Shown here: one piece after another, positions 1 through 8,960 of the stretch | How the letters are laid out: each line of letters begins with the position of its first letter | Position numbering within the stretch: the stretch's first letter is position 1 | Assembly: GCA_016840035.1 (NCBI GenBank) | Contig: JAEOTC010000068.1 | Span: 19,128 to 83,127 of the forward strand | Origin: Candidatus Hodarchaeota archaeon | GTDB taxonomy: Archaea; Asgardarchaeota; Heimdallarchaeia; Hodarchaeales; Hodarchaeaceae | Reading direction: 5' to 3' | DNA length: 64,000 bases | Notes under the pieces: model-generated | The model's database searches: none | What the model was told of the DNA's origin: nothing | Seen by the model: only the letters and a program-made list of their open reading frames with translations | Position numbers and translations under genes: made by a program

Positions 1-615
1 GAGATAAATATCACCAAGTTCACTTAAAGCAATAACAAAATTTCCTGCTAAGCTATCAATCGGTAGATCCATCCTCACTGAGTCATTAAGCACTTTAGAT
101 ACTGTAGGTTCAAGAGTGGTAGTAATTGTTTCATCTGGAGTTTCCATCTCCTTTACAACCTGAGAAATTTGTGAATGTTGTTGCTCGTTAGGATCGTGAA
201 TAAGAAAAGAGGGAATGTAATCATCTTCCATTTCGGATGGGAGTTTAGGCCGAAGTTCTTGCTTTTTGAGTTCTCTCTCTCTTGGAGAAACCTCTCCAAG
301 TGTATATTTATGCCCCTCTTGCAGTAAAACTTCCGGAATTACATCAGTTTTATTAATTTCAACTTTAAATCCTCCTCCTATTCTTAAGCTTGAACTAGGC
401 AAAGAAAAACCGCTTTTTGCAATGGATTGAACTCTTCGTTCAATGATCTTCTTTGTAATTAGGGAAAGCTCACTAGGTATGGAAACAGTAATTGTTTCTG
501 TTCCCTCATCGATTTTAAGAACTGCTTCATCATCAGTAGGACGATTTTTTTTGTCTAGAAGAACAAAACCATCTGTTGTCCAGACACAGGTGACGACTAT
601 GTCCTTGGCGGTCAT
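1..615 (-). CDS. hypothetical protein, N-terminal part only (ORF runs off the left edge of the window)
   Basis: Not in the supplied ORF track. I checked all 205 minus-strand triplets: ATG at 615-613 and no stop down to position 1. The protein begins MTAKDIVVTCVWTTDGFVLLDKKNRPTDDEAVLKIDEG. No family recognised. Confidence 0.7.
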   Translation of the reverse strand, partial: MTAKDIVVTCVWTTDGFVLLDKKNRPTDDEAVLKIDEGTETITVSIPSELSLITKKIIERRVQSIAKSGFSLPSSSLRIGGGFKVEINKTDVIPEVLLQEGHKYTLGEVSPRERELKKQELRPKLPSEMEDDYIPSFLIHDPNEQQHSQISQVVKEMETPDETITTTLEPTVSKVLNDSVRMDLPIDSLAGNFVIALSELGDIYL

Positions 616-622
616 AATACTT

Positions 623-627
623 CCTCC
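623..627 (-). promoter_or_regulatory. Shine-Dalgarno-like GGAGG, 7 nt upstream of the ATG at 615
   Basis: Plus-strand cctcc at 623-627 reads GGAGG on the minus strand. It overlaps the TAG stop (627-629) of the upstream gene, which suggests translational coupling. The same GGAGG with a 7-nt spacer precedes the TTG start at 2397 (2405-2409). Confidence 0.5.
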
Positions 628-1475
628 TAATCTTCGTCTTCATCCCTGAGAATTTTTAGAGCTTCACGAAGAGAAAGTGATAACATATCATCTTCTTCAT
701 CGCTCTTTTCCCCACTATCCTCTTTAGCAAGTAACATATCACTTAGTGAGGAGGAAGGTTCGGTAGGAGCTGATGTTTCAAGTCCACTGGCTTGTAATGC
801 TTCATCCAATGCAGATAGTTTATCAGGAGTTTCAATTACTGGAACTGATGTAGGAGTTGGTTCAGGTTGAATAGGTCTTGGTGCTGGGATTGGATCGGGC
901 ATGACAGGTTGGGGTGTTGGTATTTCCGGGATGACTGGTTCTGGTTCAGGTTGTGGGATAACAGGAGTTCGTGGTTCAGGAGTTGGAGTAGAGGTCGGTG
1001 TGGATATTGGTTGAGAACCCTCGAGAAAGTCCTCTAAAGGATTAGCTGGTTCGGGTACTGGTTGAACTGGTTGGACTGGCTGGATAGGCTGAACTGGTGT
1101 GTCGCCTACAAAGTCTTCCAACGGATTAGCGACAGTTTGAATACCAATCTTTGCTTCAAGATTCCCTTTTGTCCCTGTAAGGAATGCAAGATATTTCGGG
1201 ATATCATTTAATTCGACCCATTTCTTCACAGATAATTTGGCCATATCTCTAACTCCTTCCCAATATTTAGGTGGTTGTCCCTCTTGATCCACAGGAATAG
1301 AAATTCCTAGTCTTTGACCGAGAGCTGAACTAATTTTAGATTCGGCTTTAGTTTGAATCTGTGTTAAAAAATCATTCATATTATGTGTTTGTTGCGACGT
1401 ATGAAGGTGACTTGCAATTTGAAGAACTAGATCTAAGGATTCTATAGCGGCCTCAATATATATTTTGTCGATCAT
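627..1475 (-). CDS. hypothetical protein: helical N-domain, ~100-aa proline-rich linker, acidic C-terminal amphipathic helix
   Basis: 282-aa ORF. Residues ~115-216 are P/V/Q/E/T-rich (TPVQPIQPVQPVQPVPEP, PEPRTPVIPQPEPEPVIPEIPTPQP). The motif ANPLEDF occurs twice. The protein ends SDEEDDMLSLSLREALKILRDEDED. Confidence 0.75.
   Translation of the reverse strand: MIDKIYIEAAIESLDLVLQIASHLHTSQQTHNMNDFLTQIQTKAESKISSALGQRLGISIPVDQEGQPPKYWEGVRDMAKLSVKKWVELNDIPKYLAFLTGTKGNLEAKIGIQTVANPLEDFVGDTPVQPIQPVQPVQPVPEPANPLEDFLEGSQPISTPTSTPTPEPRTPVIPQPEPEPVIPEIPTPQPVMPDPIPAPRPIQPEPTPTSVPVIETPDKLSALDEALQASGLETSAPTEPSSSLSDMLLAKEDSGEKSDEEDDMLSLSLREALKILRDEDED
1056..1097 (-). repeat. imperfect 9-nt tandem repeat inside the CDS, encoding (P-V/I-Q)n
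   Basis: Plus-strand units tgg-ttg-aac / tgg-ttg-gac / tgg-ctg-gat / agg-ctg-aac decode on the minus strand to PVQPIQPVQPVQPV. It is a coding repeat, not a CRISPR array. Confidence 0.7.
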
Positions 1476-1689
1476 TTTAATTCATTTTCCTTATGTAATT
1501 TGCAATTTTGGTAATTCTTTTGCTAATCCATACATAATTATTTCAAATCATTTAATATATGAAATTCCCATTTAAAAAACTAATTTTTCCCGTTGTAAAT
1601 TTAAAATCGTAAATTTCCCTATATTTTACAAAAGCTTTTGTTACAGTAATCTCTTTCAGCTTTTTATGTAATAACCATCGAAATATATT

Positions 1690-2397
1690 CTAATGGTCAT
1701 CTACATATTCCTTAGCTTCTGTAAAATCCCGTGCATCGATTCTATCAGGGAGATCATTACCCCAAGAGCACCGAAGGTCAATTTGGATATCAGTTTGCAC
1801 ACCATAGATAGGGATTGTGCCGAGATTTCTCATGCGTGAGATTAAAGCAATTGTTACAACATCTCCGACTTCAACATTATATTCTTCTGCCACTTCCATG
1901 GTGTAGTCAAATGCAGCTTCAAGGTTTTCCCCAGTTGAGATGATATCTTCTACAAATAGAATTGAAACATTCTCATCCATGTAATCAGCAAATTTCTCCT
2001 CAAATGCGGGATCACGATACTCCTCAAATATACTTTCATCTTCAAAATCTCGGGCTTCAGTCTGGGGTTTGAAGTATGTCCAAACAAAATCATCAATTTT
2101 GTTTTCTATTAAATCTATTAACTGATATCCCCCTCGTGAAACGAAGATGACTAACCATCTTTTCTTCTCAAATTTAGGATATAGGAGTTTCCAATCTTGT
2201 TCAGCCCAATTCGCTAAGTCAGTAAATGGTAAGATCTGAGCACCTTCATCTGGAGGATAAGGACCTGAATCGTAGATGTACAGTATCAGAGCTTTTTCCA
2301 ACCCCTCCAAAATTTCTTTGTAAGCCTTTTTTGCTGCAGGGTCTTTCTTAAGAATATCTGGGATTTCAACTTCCTTTTTACTGAGGAAAAAAACCAA
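1690..2397 (-). CDS. divergent type I phosphoribosyltransferase-like domain protein
   Basis: PRPP-loop-like motif VSILFVEDIISTGENL (hydrophobic run, acidic pair, xxTGxx). TTG start with GGAGG 7 nt upstream. The N-terminal ~90 aa and an acidic insert are unrecognised. Confidence 0.6.
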   Translation of the reverse strand: MVFFLSKKEVEIPDILKKDPAAKKAYKEILEGLEKALILYIYDSGPYPPDEGAQILPFTDLANWAEQDWKLLYPKFEKKRWLVIFVSRGGYQLIDLIENKIDDFVWTYFKPQTEARDFEDESIFEEYRDPAFEEKFADYMDENVSILFVEDIISTGENLEAAFDYTMEVAEEYNVEVGDVVTIALISRMRNLGTIPIYGVQTDIQIDLRCSWGNDLPDRIDARDFTEAKEYVDDH

Positions 2398-2913
2398 ACC
2401 TAAGCCTCCGAATTTTCGCTTTCTCTCTTCGATTAGTGTTTTGATTGAGGAATCGTTTATATTTAATGTCCGAATTTCATTAGAAACGTTGTTTCAATCA
2501 AGTAACGAAAGATTAGTCTAATTCTTTTAAAGCTGTGCAAATCACAAATGATAATTTTCTCTTTATTGAAAAGGAATAAAAACTGGGGAGGATGGCGTCT
2601 AATTCTGATTAAAAACCTGAATAGCTAAAAAACCGTCTTCTCATGATTGTAGAAAAAAATTGTTGATCTAAAATTGGACTCGTAAACCGACTTCGTTCCC
2701 CACTTCTAGAATATTCTCCATACATATTTTTAGAACAGAAAATTTCTTTAATGAGAAATCTAGTGGATTAGTAAGTAGAAAGTCTAATTTTAAATATATT
2801 AATAGAAATGGTATTGAAAAGAAACACATACAAAATTCAGAAGCATTAATAATATGGTTTTTCTATATTTTAGCTAGCATCAAATTTAGTGACTTTTTAC
2901 GAAAATTAATTCA

Positions 2914-4317
2914 ATGATAATACAATCTACAAATTTACAAACCCAGAGTGGAGTACAAAAAAAAATGTCTTTTGTAAATGAACTTTTTGAACGTCTAAGT
3001 AAATCTAATAGTGCTAACGAAGTCCAAACAGCGCTAGCATCACTTACAAATATTCAAGATCCAATTCAAAGAACCAAAGCAGCACGGGAAACACTTCAAC
3101 TTATCCAATCTTATGGAAAGGAGTTGGATGAAAAGGGGCAGTTCAAAAATGCAGCATATCAGTATTACTCGGGCTCTCAAGTTGTTAAGAACTTCTTAAA
3201 TGATCCTAGTCTCGAGTATCAATGGTTAGTCGCATCTGCAAAAGCGTTAGCCAATGCCTCTCAGGAACATATCACATGGGATGATCTGATTGGTGGTGCG
3301 GCATGTATGACCATTTCATCATTATTGCGGATAATAACAGGAGATTGGGATGTAAATAGTCATCTTGATGAGTTCATCAAAGCCAATGATTTTTCGGTTA
3401 ATCAGGCGGCAACGGCGTGTCTTTATATACCCTACAACTTAGTTACTGCCATAAATAAGACAAATCCCAATCCACAATTGTTACAGCAAGCATCAGATTT
3501 TACTGAACAGTACTTAATGACTTCAAAACCCGCAGCTATGTTTTCAGAGGGAATAAAGCGAGCACTTGAATTAACACGTCAGATGTTAATGGAAAATACA
3601 AAATTTCCCTCAGTTAAAGCAATGTTTGAGTATCACACAGACATTATCTTTGCAGAGAATTTCCCATTCTCTATAAAGCTCGAAAATATTGGTGAAGGAG
3701 TTGCTTTCAATATTTCTACTTCTATTAATATTCCATCAAACCTTACTATCGTATCGGGTCAAAACAGAATTTATAAAGAACAGCTTCAACCAGGGGAGCT
3801 TTCAGAGGAGCAGTTTACACTTGTATGTCCATCAGGAGAAGGAAATGAAGAAATTTCAATTGAAATTCCTGTATTTGCAGAATTTGCTGATATTCTTGGA
3901 AATAAGAATTCTCTTTCCCTTGGGACGGCAATCTTTCCAATTAGAGCAATAAAAAAAGGTGATAAATTAACCGAGAAGCTGAATCAGATCCAGACCAATC
4001 TTCAAAAATATGTCACCCCATTCGAATCTTCGGAACATCTTGAGGTGAAACCAATAATAGATAGCATGAAGTCGATCATTGAAAATCTTATTACATCAAC
4101 AGAAAACAGAATTACCAATGGAGATTTTAAAAGCGCGGAAGCAGAATTGGGACAGTTAAATCAAATTCAAGTATTCTTTGACCCTCTTACTAGCTTTCTA
4201 GCTGACTATCAGAATCATAGTCTTGATACAGTGAATAATCTAAAGAAGATTCACGAACAGAGTAAGGATTTGGTGAATTCAATAAAACAAATTGAGAATC
4301 GCCTTCAAACTGGTTAA
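2914..4317 (+). CDS. hypothetical protein (helical N-region, beta-sandwich-like middle, coiled-coil C-terminus)
   Basis: 467-aa ORF. An ATG at 2965 (MSFVNELF) is the more likely start. The middle segment FSIKLENIGEGVAFNISTSINIPSNLTIVSG...ISIEIPV looks like a CARDB/NEW3-type beta-sandwich. The last ~110 aa are heptad-like. Confidence 0.6.
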   Translation: MIIQSTNLQTQSGVQKKMSFVNELFERLSKSNSANEVQTALASLTNIQDPIQRTKAARETLQLIQSYGKELDEKGQFKNAAYQYYSGSQVVKNFLNDPSLEYQWLVASAKALANASQEHITWDDLIGGAACMTISSLLRIITGDWDVNSHLDEFIKANDFSVNQAATACLYIPYNLVTAINKTNPNPQLLQQASDFTEQYLMTSKPAAMFSEGIKRALELTRQMLMENTKFPSVKAMFEYHTDIIFAENFPFSIKLENIGEGVAFNISTSINIPSNLTIVSGQNRIYKEQLQPGELSEEQFTLVCPSGEGNEEISIEIPVFAEFADILGNKNSLSLGTAIFPIRAIKKGDKLTEKLNQIQTNLQKYVTPFESSEHLEVKPIIDSMKSIIENLITSTENRITNGDFKSAEAELGQLNQIQVFFDPLTSFLADYQNHSLDTVNNLKKIHEQSKDLVNSIKQIENRLQTG

Positions 4318-4321
4318 AAAT

Positions 4322-5587
4322 TTAATATAGAAATCCTCTAACGAAACTCAGGAGTAAATGAGGAGAGATTTTTAATCCATTACCTAGTATTTTGGGATTT
4401 AGGCTGTAACGTATTAAACCCTCACCATGCAGGTCAATACTCGTTGTTTCCAAATATGTACCAATTTGAGTATCTTTAGCAATTTGGATAACATCATTCC
4501 AGATATTATCGGGCAAATAAGACATCGATCTTCGAAGATACTTCATAATGCTTAGATCTGGTTCAAAATATGACCGCCATTGATTTTGATATTCTCTACA
4601 ACCCTGGAAGGCTGTTAAATCTCCTGAAAGTATCTTGCTAGCATACTTTCCAGCCAATCTTCCACAAAATCCTCCGATGTTCACTCCCCCTCCCGTTGTT
4701 GCTTTAGTTTGCCCTGCTGCATCTCCAACAACCATGAATTGGTGTGAATAAGTTTTTTTTATCGGTCCAGACGCAGGTACAAACCCACCATAGGAATTAA
4801 CTAACTTTGCTTTCTTAGTTCGAATTTTCATTAATGCATGCTTTTGTAAAAATTTTTTTAAATAAGAACGAGTCTTTCCTGAGTGTATTGGACTAATAGC
4901 AACTCCAATTCGGGCCGATTCTTCATTTAACGGAATAAACCAACCAAAAAATCCTGGGGCAATATCAGTTCCAAAGTATAATTCTGAACAATCCGATTCA
5001 AAATCAACAACATTAGATAAATCAAACTGAATAGCAGGAAAAAGCCATTTGTTGTTTGTTCCTTGTAGCCCAATAGATCTTACTAATCGAGCTCTAGAGC
5101 CCTCAGCAGATATAAGAATGTCACATGAAAATGTCTTCAGTTTTTTTCCGTGCTTAATCAACAATTTCCATTTGTTTTGATGAAAAGATATTTGTTTTAC
5201 CGAATGGCCCATGAAATATGTTGATCCTAGGTTTTCAGAGCACGTTGCTAAATATTTGTCGAAATTAGGACGATTTAGAACAACAAGTGAATCACGTTTT
5301 CGGTTAATTTGGAAATAGGTGTTATTTGGGGCATAGAAACGCGCCTTTTTAACCTCGTTTTCCACAAGATTCTTTCGAATAAAACTTTGTTTTAATCCTA
5401 AATCAAGTAATCCATCTAATGCGATCAATCCAGAGCAGTGAGATGGCTTTCCAATTTGATTGTGTTCTTCAAAAATAGCTATTGATGATTCTGAAGTTTC
5501 ACTTGTTGCTTGTTGACCAGCTAAAGATCCTGAAGGCCCTGCTCCAATTATGGCAATCTCAAAGTTCGTCTGTTCCCTTATAACCAT
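4322..5587 (-). CDS. geranylgeranyl reductase family FAD-dependent oxidoreductase
   Basis: N-terminal dinucleotide-binding motif IAIIGAGPSGSLAG and a later VVGDAAGQTKATTGGGV motif. The length of 421 aa is typical of archaeal GGR-family enzymes. Confidence 0.85.
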   Translation of the reverse strand: MVIREQTNFEIAIIGAGPSGSLAGQQATSETSESSIAIFEEHNQIGKPSHCSGLIALDGLLDLGLKQSFIRKNLVENEVKKARFYAPNNTYFQINRKRDSLVVLNRPNFDKYLATCSENLGSTYFMGHSVKQISFHQNKWKLLIKHGKKLKTFSCDILISAEGSRARLVRSIGLQGTNNKWLFPAIQFDLSNVVDFESDCSELYFGTDIAPGFFGWFIPLNEESARIGVAISPIHSGKTRSYLKKFLQKHALMKIRTKKAKLVNSYGGFVPASGPIKKTYSHQFMVVGDAAGQTKATTGGGVNIGGFCGRLAGKYASKILSGDLTAFQGCREYQNQWRSYFEPDLSIMKYLRRSMSYLPDNIWNDVIQIAKDTQIGTYLETTSIDLHGEGLIRYSLNPKILGNGLKISPHLLLSFVRGFLY

Positions 5588-5660
5588 TTGAGGACAACCA
5601 TAGAAAACAAAAAGAAAGGAGATAGGAGATAATCAGTTTGGGTTATTATCTCCTAATACT

Positions 5661-8600
5661 CTAAAAAAGGTTTTTGATCCTTCTTTCAATTACAAAAGGA
5701 GTTAGACGGACTCTATCTGAAGTGTAGTTAATAGATTTTCCTGATAATTCTCCAATTGAGAATAGTGGATCCATAATCATGGCTCCCGCTCCACCAGCAA
5801 GTGTAGTGTATGCAAAGTTCACTATTCTGCTATTGTAGATTGAATCGCCATAATAGAAGATACCTCTTGTCCTATCTTGATTCCATCGTGAATCATAATC
5901 ACGCTCTGTGTAATACCAAACTGTCCAAGTGCCAGCAACGAGTTCTTCTGCCCCTAATTGTTCCGTCACGAATTCAACAGGCCCATAAGTATTACCTCCA
6001 ATTTGCATATAGACATGAATGACTACTGAATCTGTAGGATCAAGATTATAGTTGGAGGCCAGAACCCAAGTTCCAGATTGTAAACCACTGCCATCTGCAG
6101 TTCTAAATACCTGTGCAGCATTACCGACACTGATCTGAGTCATGGTTGTATCTGCTTCTCTTACCCAGACTTGAATGTACCAATACACAGTTTGTGAACC
6201 AGACCAGCGATCCCCTCTCTCATTAAGAGTCTGGAAACCAGTTGATTGAGTAGCTCCCAGCTGTTGATCAGATCGCATAAATCTATCTTCAGTTACTGTT
6301 TGAAACGTTGTAATTGGGGTACTAAACTCTACTATCGGGTTATCAGTATCATCAGAGTATCCTGATGAAGTACCTGCTGCAAAAGTATATCCAAGGTTCA
6401 CCGTAACATTCATATCATTAAGATTGAAATATCCTCCACTACTATTGGCATATGTTAACGTTAGAGTAGTTGTTTTACCAATATCAATACCAATGGTATT
6501 ATCTAGGGCAGCTTGATAGCCACTGACTCCTTCAGAAGGACTTGATGTATTTATCCATCGTGGATCAATTCCTGTAATATCTGTACCATTAGCATCTATT
6601 TGGATTAATCTTGGACTTCCTATATATACACCTTTAGTATTGTCAGAGAGACTGGTAGTTATGTTAGTAATAATAGCATTAGCCTCTGTATCCCCAGTGA
6701 ACAGACTATGTATGTCAAATGACAGAATATGCGAAGAGCTTCCCCAAACACTCACTGAATCAGAAACATATTGGAAAGAAGGTTCATTTGCAGCTGAAAC
6801 ATCAACATTTCTGACAATTGTATTAATCTGTCCAGCATCATCAATAGCTTCAACACGAATTGACACAGTTGTTAGTTGTGAAAAGTTGCCTCCACTGATA
6901 ATTTCTTCCCAAACACCCGTTTCACCTATTGATGAATCACCAACTGTATGAGTCATATCATAAGGAGAACTCCAACTTGCAACACCAATTTTATAACTTA
7001 ATCTAACTGTACCTGTTTCAGAAATGAATCTCTCTGTACTGAATGACGGATCATTATCATCAACAACCACTCGTACGGACACATCTTGACCGGGACCAGT
7101 GGGGGAAGATATTGTAGGATTAAAACTCACACTCGGTGCATATCGATCAAGAATAGTTATATGATAAGGAGAGCTTGCTGACCCATCATTTGTGTTGCCA
7201 GAGGGATCTGTTGCATTAATATAATAATCTATACCATCTATTGTGACATTTGTAACTGGAATCGAAAATGTCCATGTATCTTCCGATTGCGAGACAAAAT
7301 TTTCAACCTGCCATTGGTCAGGGATAAGTAATCCAGTATCATTTCCTTCTCGCCAAACAAGATTTACTTGATCAACTGTATCCTCATCTTCCACTGTGAC
7401 TGATAGAGAAATAACTGGGGGTTGATCGGAATTGTATTGTAATTCAGTTACTGGAGTATGCGCAGTAATATCAGGCATTGTAGTATCTAAGACACCTGCA
7501 TCATTCGTACCAGAAATTGCCAGGTTATCGTCATCATCAATTGCTGCAAGATAGTAAGTGAGATTATTTTCAAGTGCATCAGAATTTACAAATCCAGCTG
7601 GTATGTTACCGTGCCATACGTCTCCTGCAGATTCCGCCATTGCAATTGAAGAATATTCTAAGCTTGAATCATTTAATTTGTAATAGATGAAAGCGGCTGA
7701 GACACTGGATACATCAGATCCCGAATCTGTAATCGTAGCTGATACTTGGAACGATTGACCCACTTCTGCAAGATCATCTCCGTTTTTAGTACTTGATCCA
7801 GCAACATCACTAATAATTGGCTCGACATAATCATTATCGATAATGAAGTTAAGATTGGTAGAATGAGTGGCAGATAAACCAGCATAGTCATAAACGGTCA
7901 TACGTACTGAATACTGACCATTATCTCGTCCCTCCGCAGTATCATTAACTGTATTCCATTGCCATCTCCAAGCCGGACTCGATATTGTCTTTGTAAGGTT
8001 AAGAGTGCCAAATTCATCAAAAATTTCATATGTAACATTCTTTATTTCAGAATAATCAAATACTGATTGTGGACCGAGTTGGAAGGTCCGTCGAATCTTT
8101 CCATTCGTTCCTATTGTGGAAGGGGGAGTAATTTCGGGCCGATCTTTAGGTATATCCATTTCTTCTTCGTTGACAACCGTTTCACGTGTGGTGTCAAGAA
8201 TAGTCCCATCATCGGCTGTTACCGTCATTCTGTAAAAAATTCTATCATCATAATTCTCTACTGGTATTTGAAATCTGATGGTGAATTCTTCATCAAATGT
8301 CATTGGGTCCATAACATAAGGATTACTTATGGAAACATCTTGAAGACTTACTGCATCTGTAATCTGAGTCCAAGGGCCTGCAGATGTAGCTCCATAGTAA
8401 ATTGCTAATTCTGTTAATTCAATTTCTCCAGTTCCTCCGTTTTTTAGGAAAACTGATCCTTTTCCATATCCTACTCCTTCATCCAAGGTTTTTGTGTATG
8501 AATCATCATAGACGACAAAAGCATCAATTAATTCTAAATCACTCTTCGCTTCCATTAAGGGTAGTACAACAATAAAAATTGCCGCCACAGCAGCAACTGC

Positions 8601-8678
8601 AAGGCCAATTAATAGAATAACAGCTATAACTGGTGAGATAGCTCGTTTCTTTCGATTATAATAACCATCAATTATCAA
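5661..8678 (-). CDS. large secreted/surface protein with archaeal class III (type IV pilin-like) signal peptide
   Basis: The N-terminus NRKKRA|ISPVIAVILLIGLAVAAVAAIFIVVL matches the [KR]-[GA]|[ILV]SP pre-pilin peptidase site followed by a hydrophobic helix. The remaining ~950 aa are T/S/D/N-rich and beta-rich with many N-x-S/T sequons. TTG start. Confidence 0.85.
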   Translation of the reverse strand: MIIDGYYNRKKRAISPVIAVILLIGLAVAAVAAIFIVVLPLMEAKSDLELIDAFVVYDDSYTKTLDEGVGYGKGSVFLKNGGTGEIELTELAIYYGATSAGPWTQITDAVSLQDVSISNPYVMDPMTFDEEFTIRFQIPVENYDDRIFYRMTVTADDGTILDTTRETVVNEEEMDIPKDRPEITPPSTIGTNGKIRRTFQLGPQSVFDYSEIKNVTYEIFDEFGTLNLTKTISSPAWRWQWNTVNDTAEGRDNGQYSVRMTVYDYAGLSATHSTNLNFIIDNDYVEPIISDVAGSSTKNGDDLAEVGQSFQVSATITDSGSDVSSVSAAFIYYKLNDSSLEYSSIAMAESAGDVWHGNIPAGFVNSDALENNLTYYLAAIDDDDNLAISGTNDAGVLDTTMPDITAHTPVTELQYNSDQPPVISLSVTVEDEDTVDQVNLVWREGNDTGLLIPDQWQVENFVSQSEDTWTFSIPVTNVTIDGIDYYINATDPSGNTNDGSASSPYHITILDRYAPSVSFNPTISSPTGPGQDVSVRVVVDDNDPSFSTERFISETGTVRLSYKIGVASWSSPYDMTHTVGDSSIGETGVWEEIISGGNFSQLTTVSIRVEAIDDAGQINTIVRNVDVSAANEPSFQYVSDSVSVWGSSSHILSFDIHSLFTGDTEANAIITNITTSLSDNTKGVYIGSPRLIQIDANGTDITGIDPRWINTSSPSEGVSGYQAALDNTIGIDIGKTTTLTLTYANSSGGYFNLNDMNVTVNLGYTFAAGTSSGYSDDTDNPIVEFSTPITTFQTVTEDRFMRSDQQLGATQSTGFQTLNERGDRWSGSQTVYWYIQVWVREADTTMTQISVGNAAQVFRTADGSGLQSGTWVLASNYNLDPTDSVVIHVYMQIGGNTYGPVEFVTEQLGAEELVAGTWTVWYYTERDYDSRWNQDRTRGIFYYGDSIYNSRIVNFAYTTLAGGAGAMIMDPLFSIGELSGKSINYTSDRVRLTPFVIERRIKNLF

Positions 8679-8960
8679 TAATGAGTCTCTCCATTAGATT
8701 AATCATAAAGTGCAAAACTATAATTTCTGCTTATTTCTTATAAGTTTCCATAAGAATAAATTTGAATTAAATAATTGATAGTTAAACGCTATAAAAGAAT
8801 TTTGAAACCCATTTTTGCTGGGAGACCTCTCACGGATTAGATTTTAGTTCTAGGGCTTTTTCAATTCAAAAAGTATCACAAGTGGTGAAAAGAAAAAGCA
8901 ATTTGAAATAGTTATTCCAATCTTCCTTCCCTCGTTGGTATATTTAATTAACTTCTGAGA

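Noticed and set aside
443-649. A track ORF on the plus strand, together with many similar 60-120-aa ORFs antisense to or nested within long genes (for example 3689-3952, 5810-6022, 6640-6951, 8067-8408, 27547-27912, 41443-41634, 47753-48070, 55779-56297, 62028-62303).
   Set aside because: They lie inside much longer ORFs with recognisable protein families or a consistent architecture. Their translations are low-complexity or hydrophobic noise, as expected in AT-rich DNA.
1026-1133. Short DNA repeats that could be mistaken for a CRISPR-like or microsatellite array.
   Set aside because: They are in frame within the 627-1475 CDS and encode PVQ/PIQ and ANPLEDF peptide repeats. There is no repeat-spacer periodicity.
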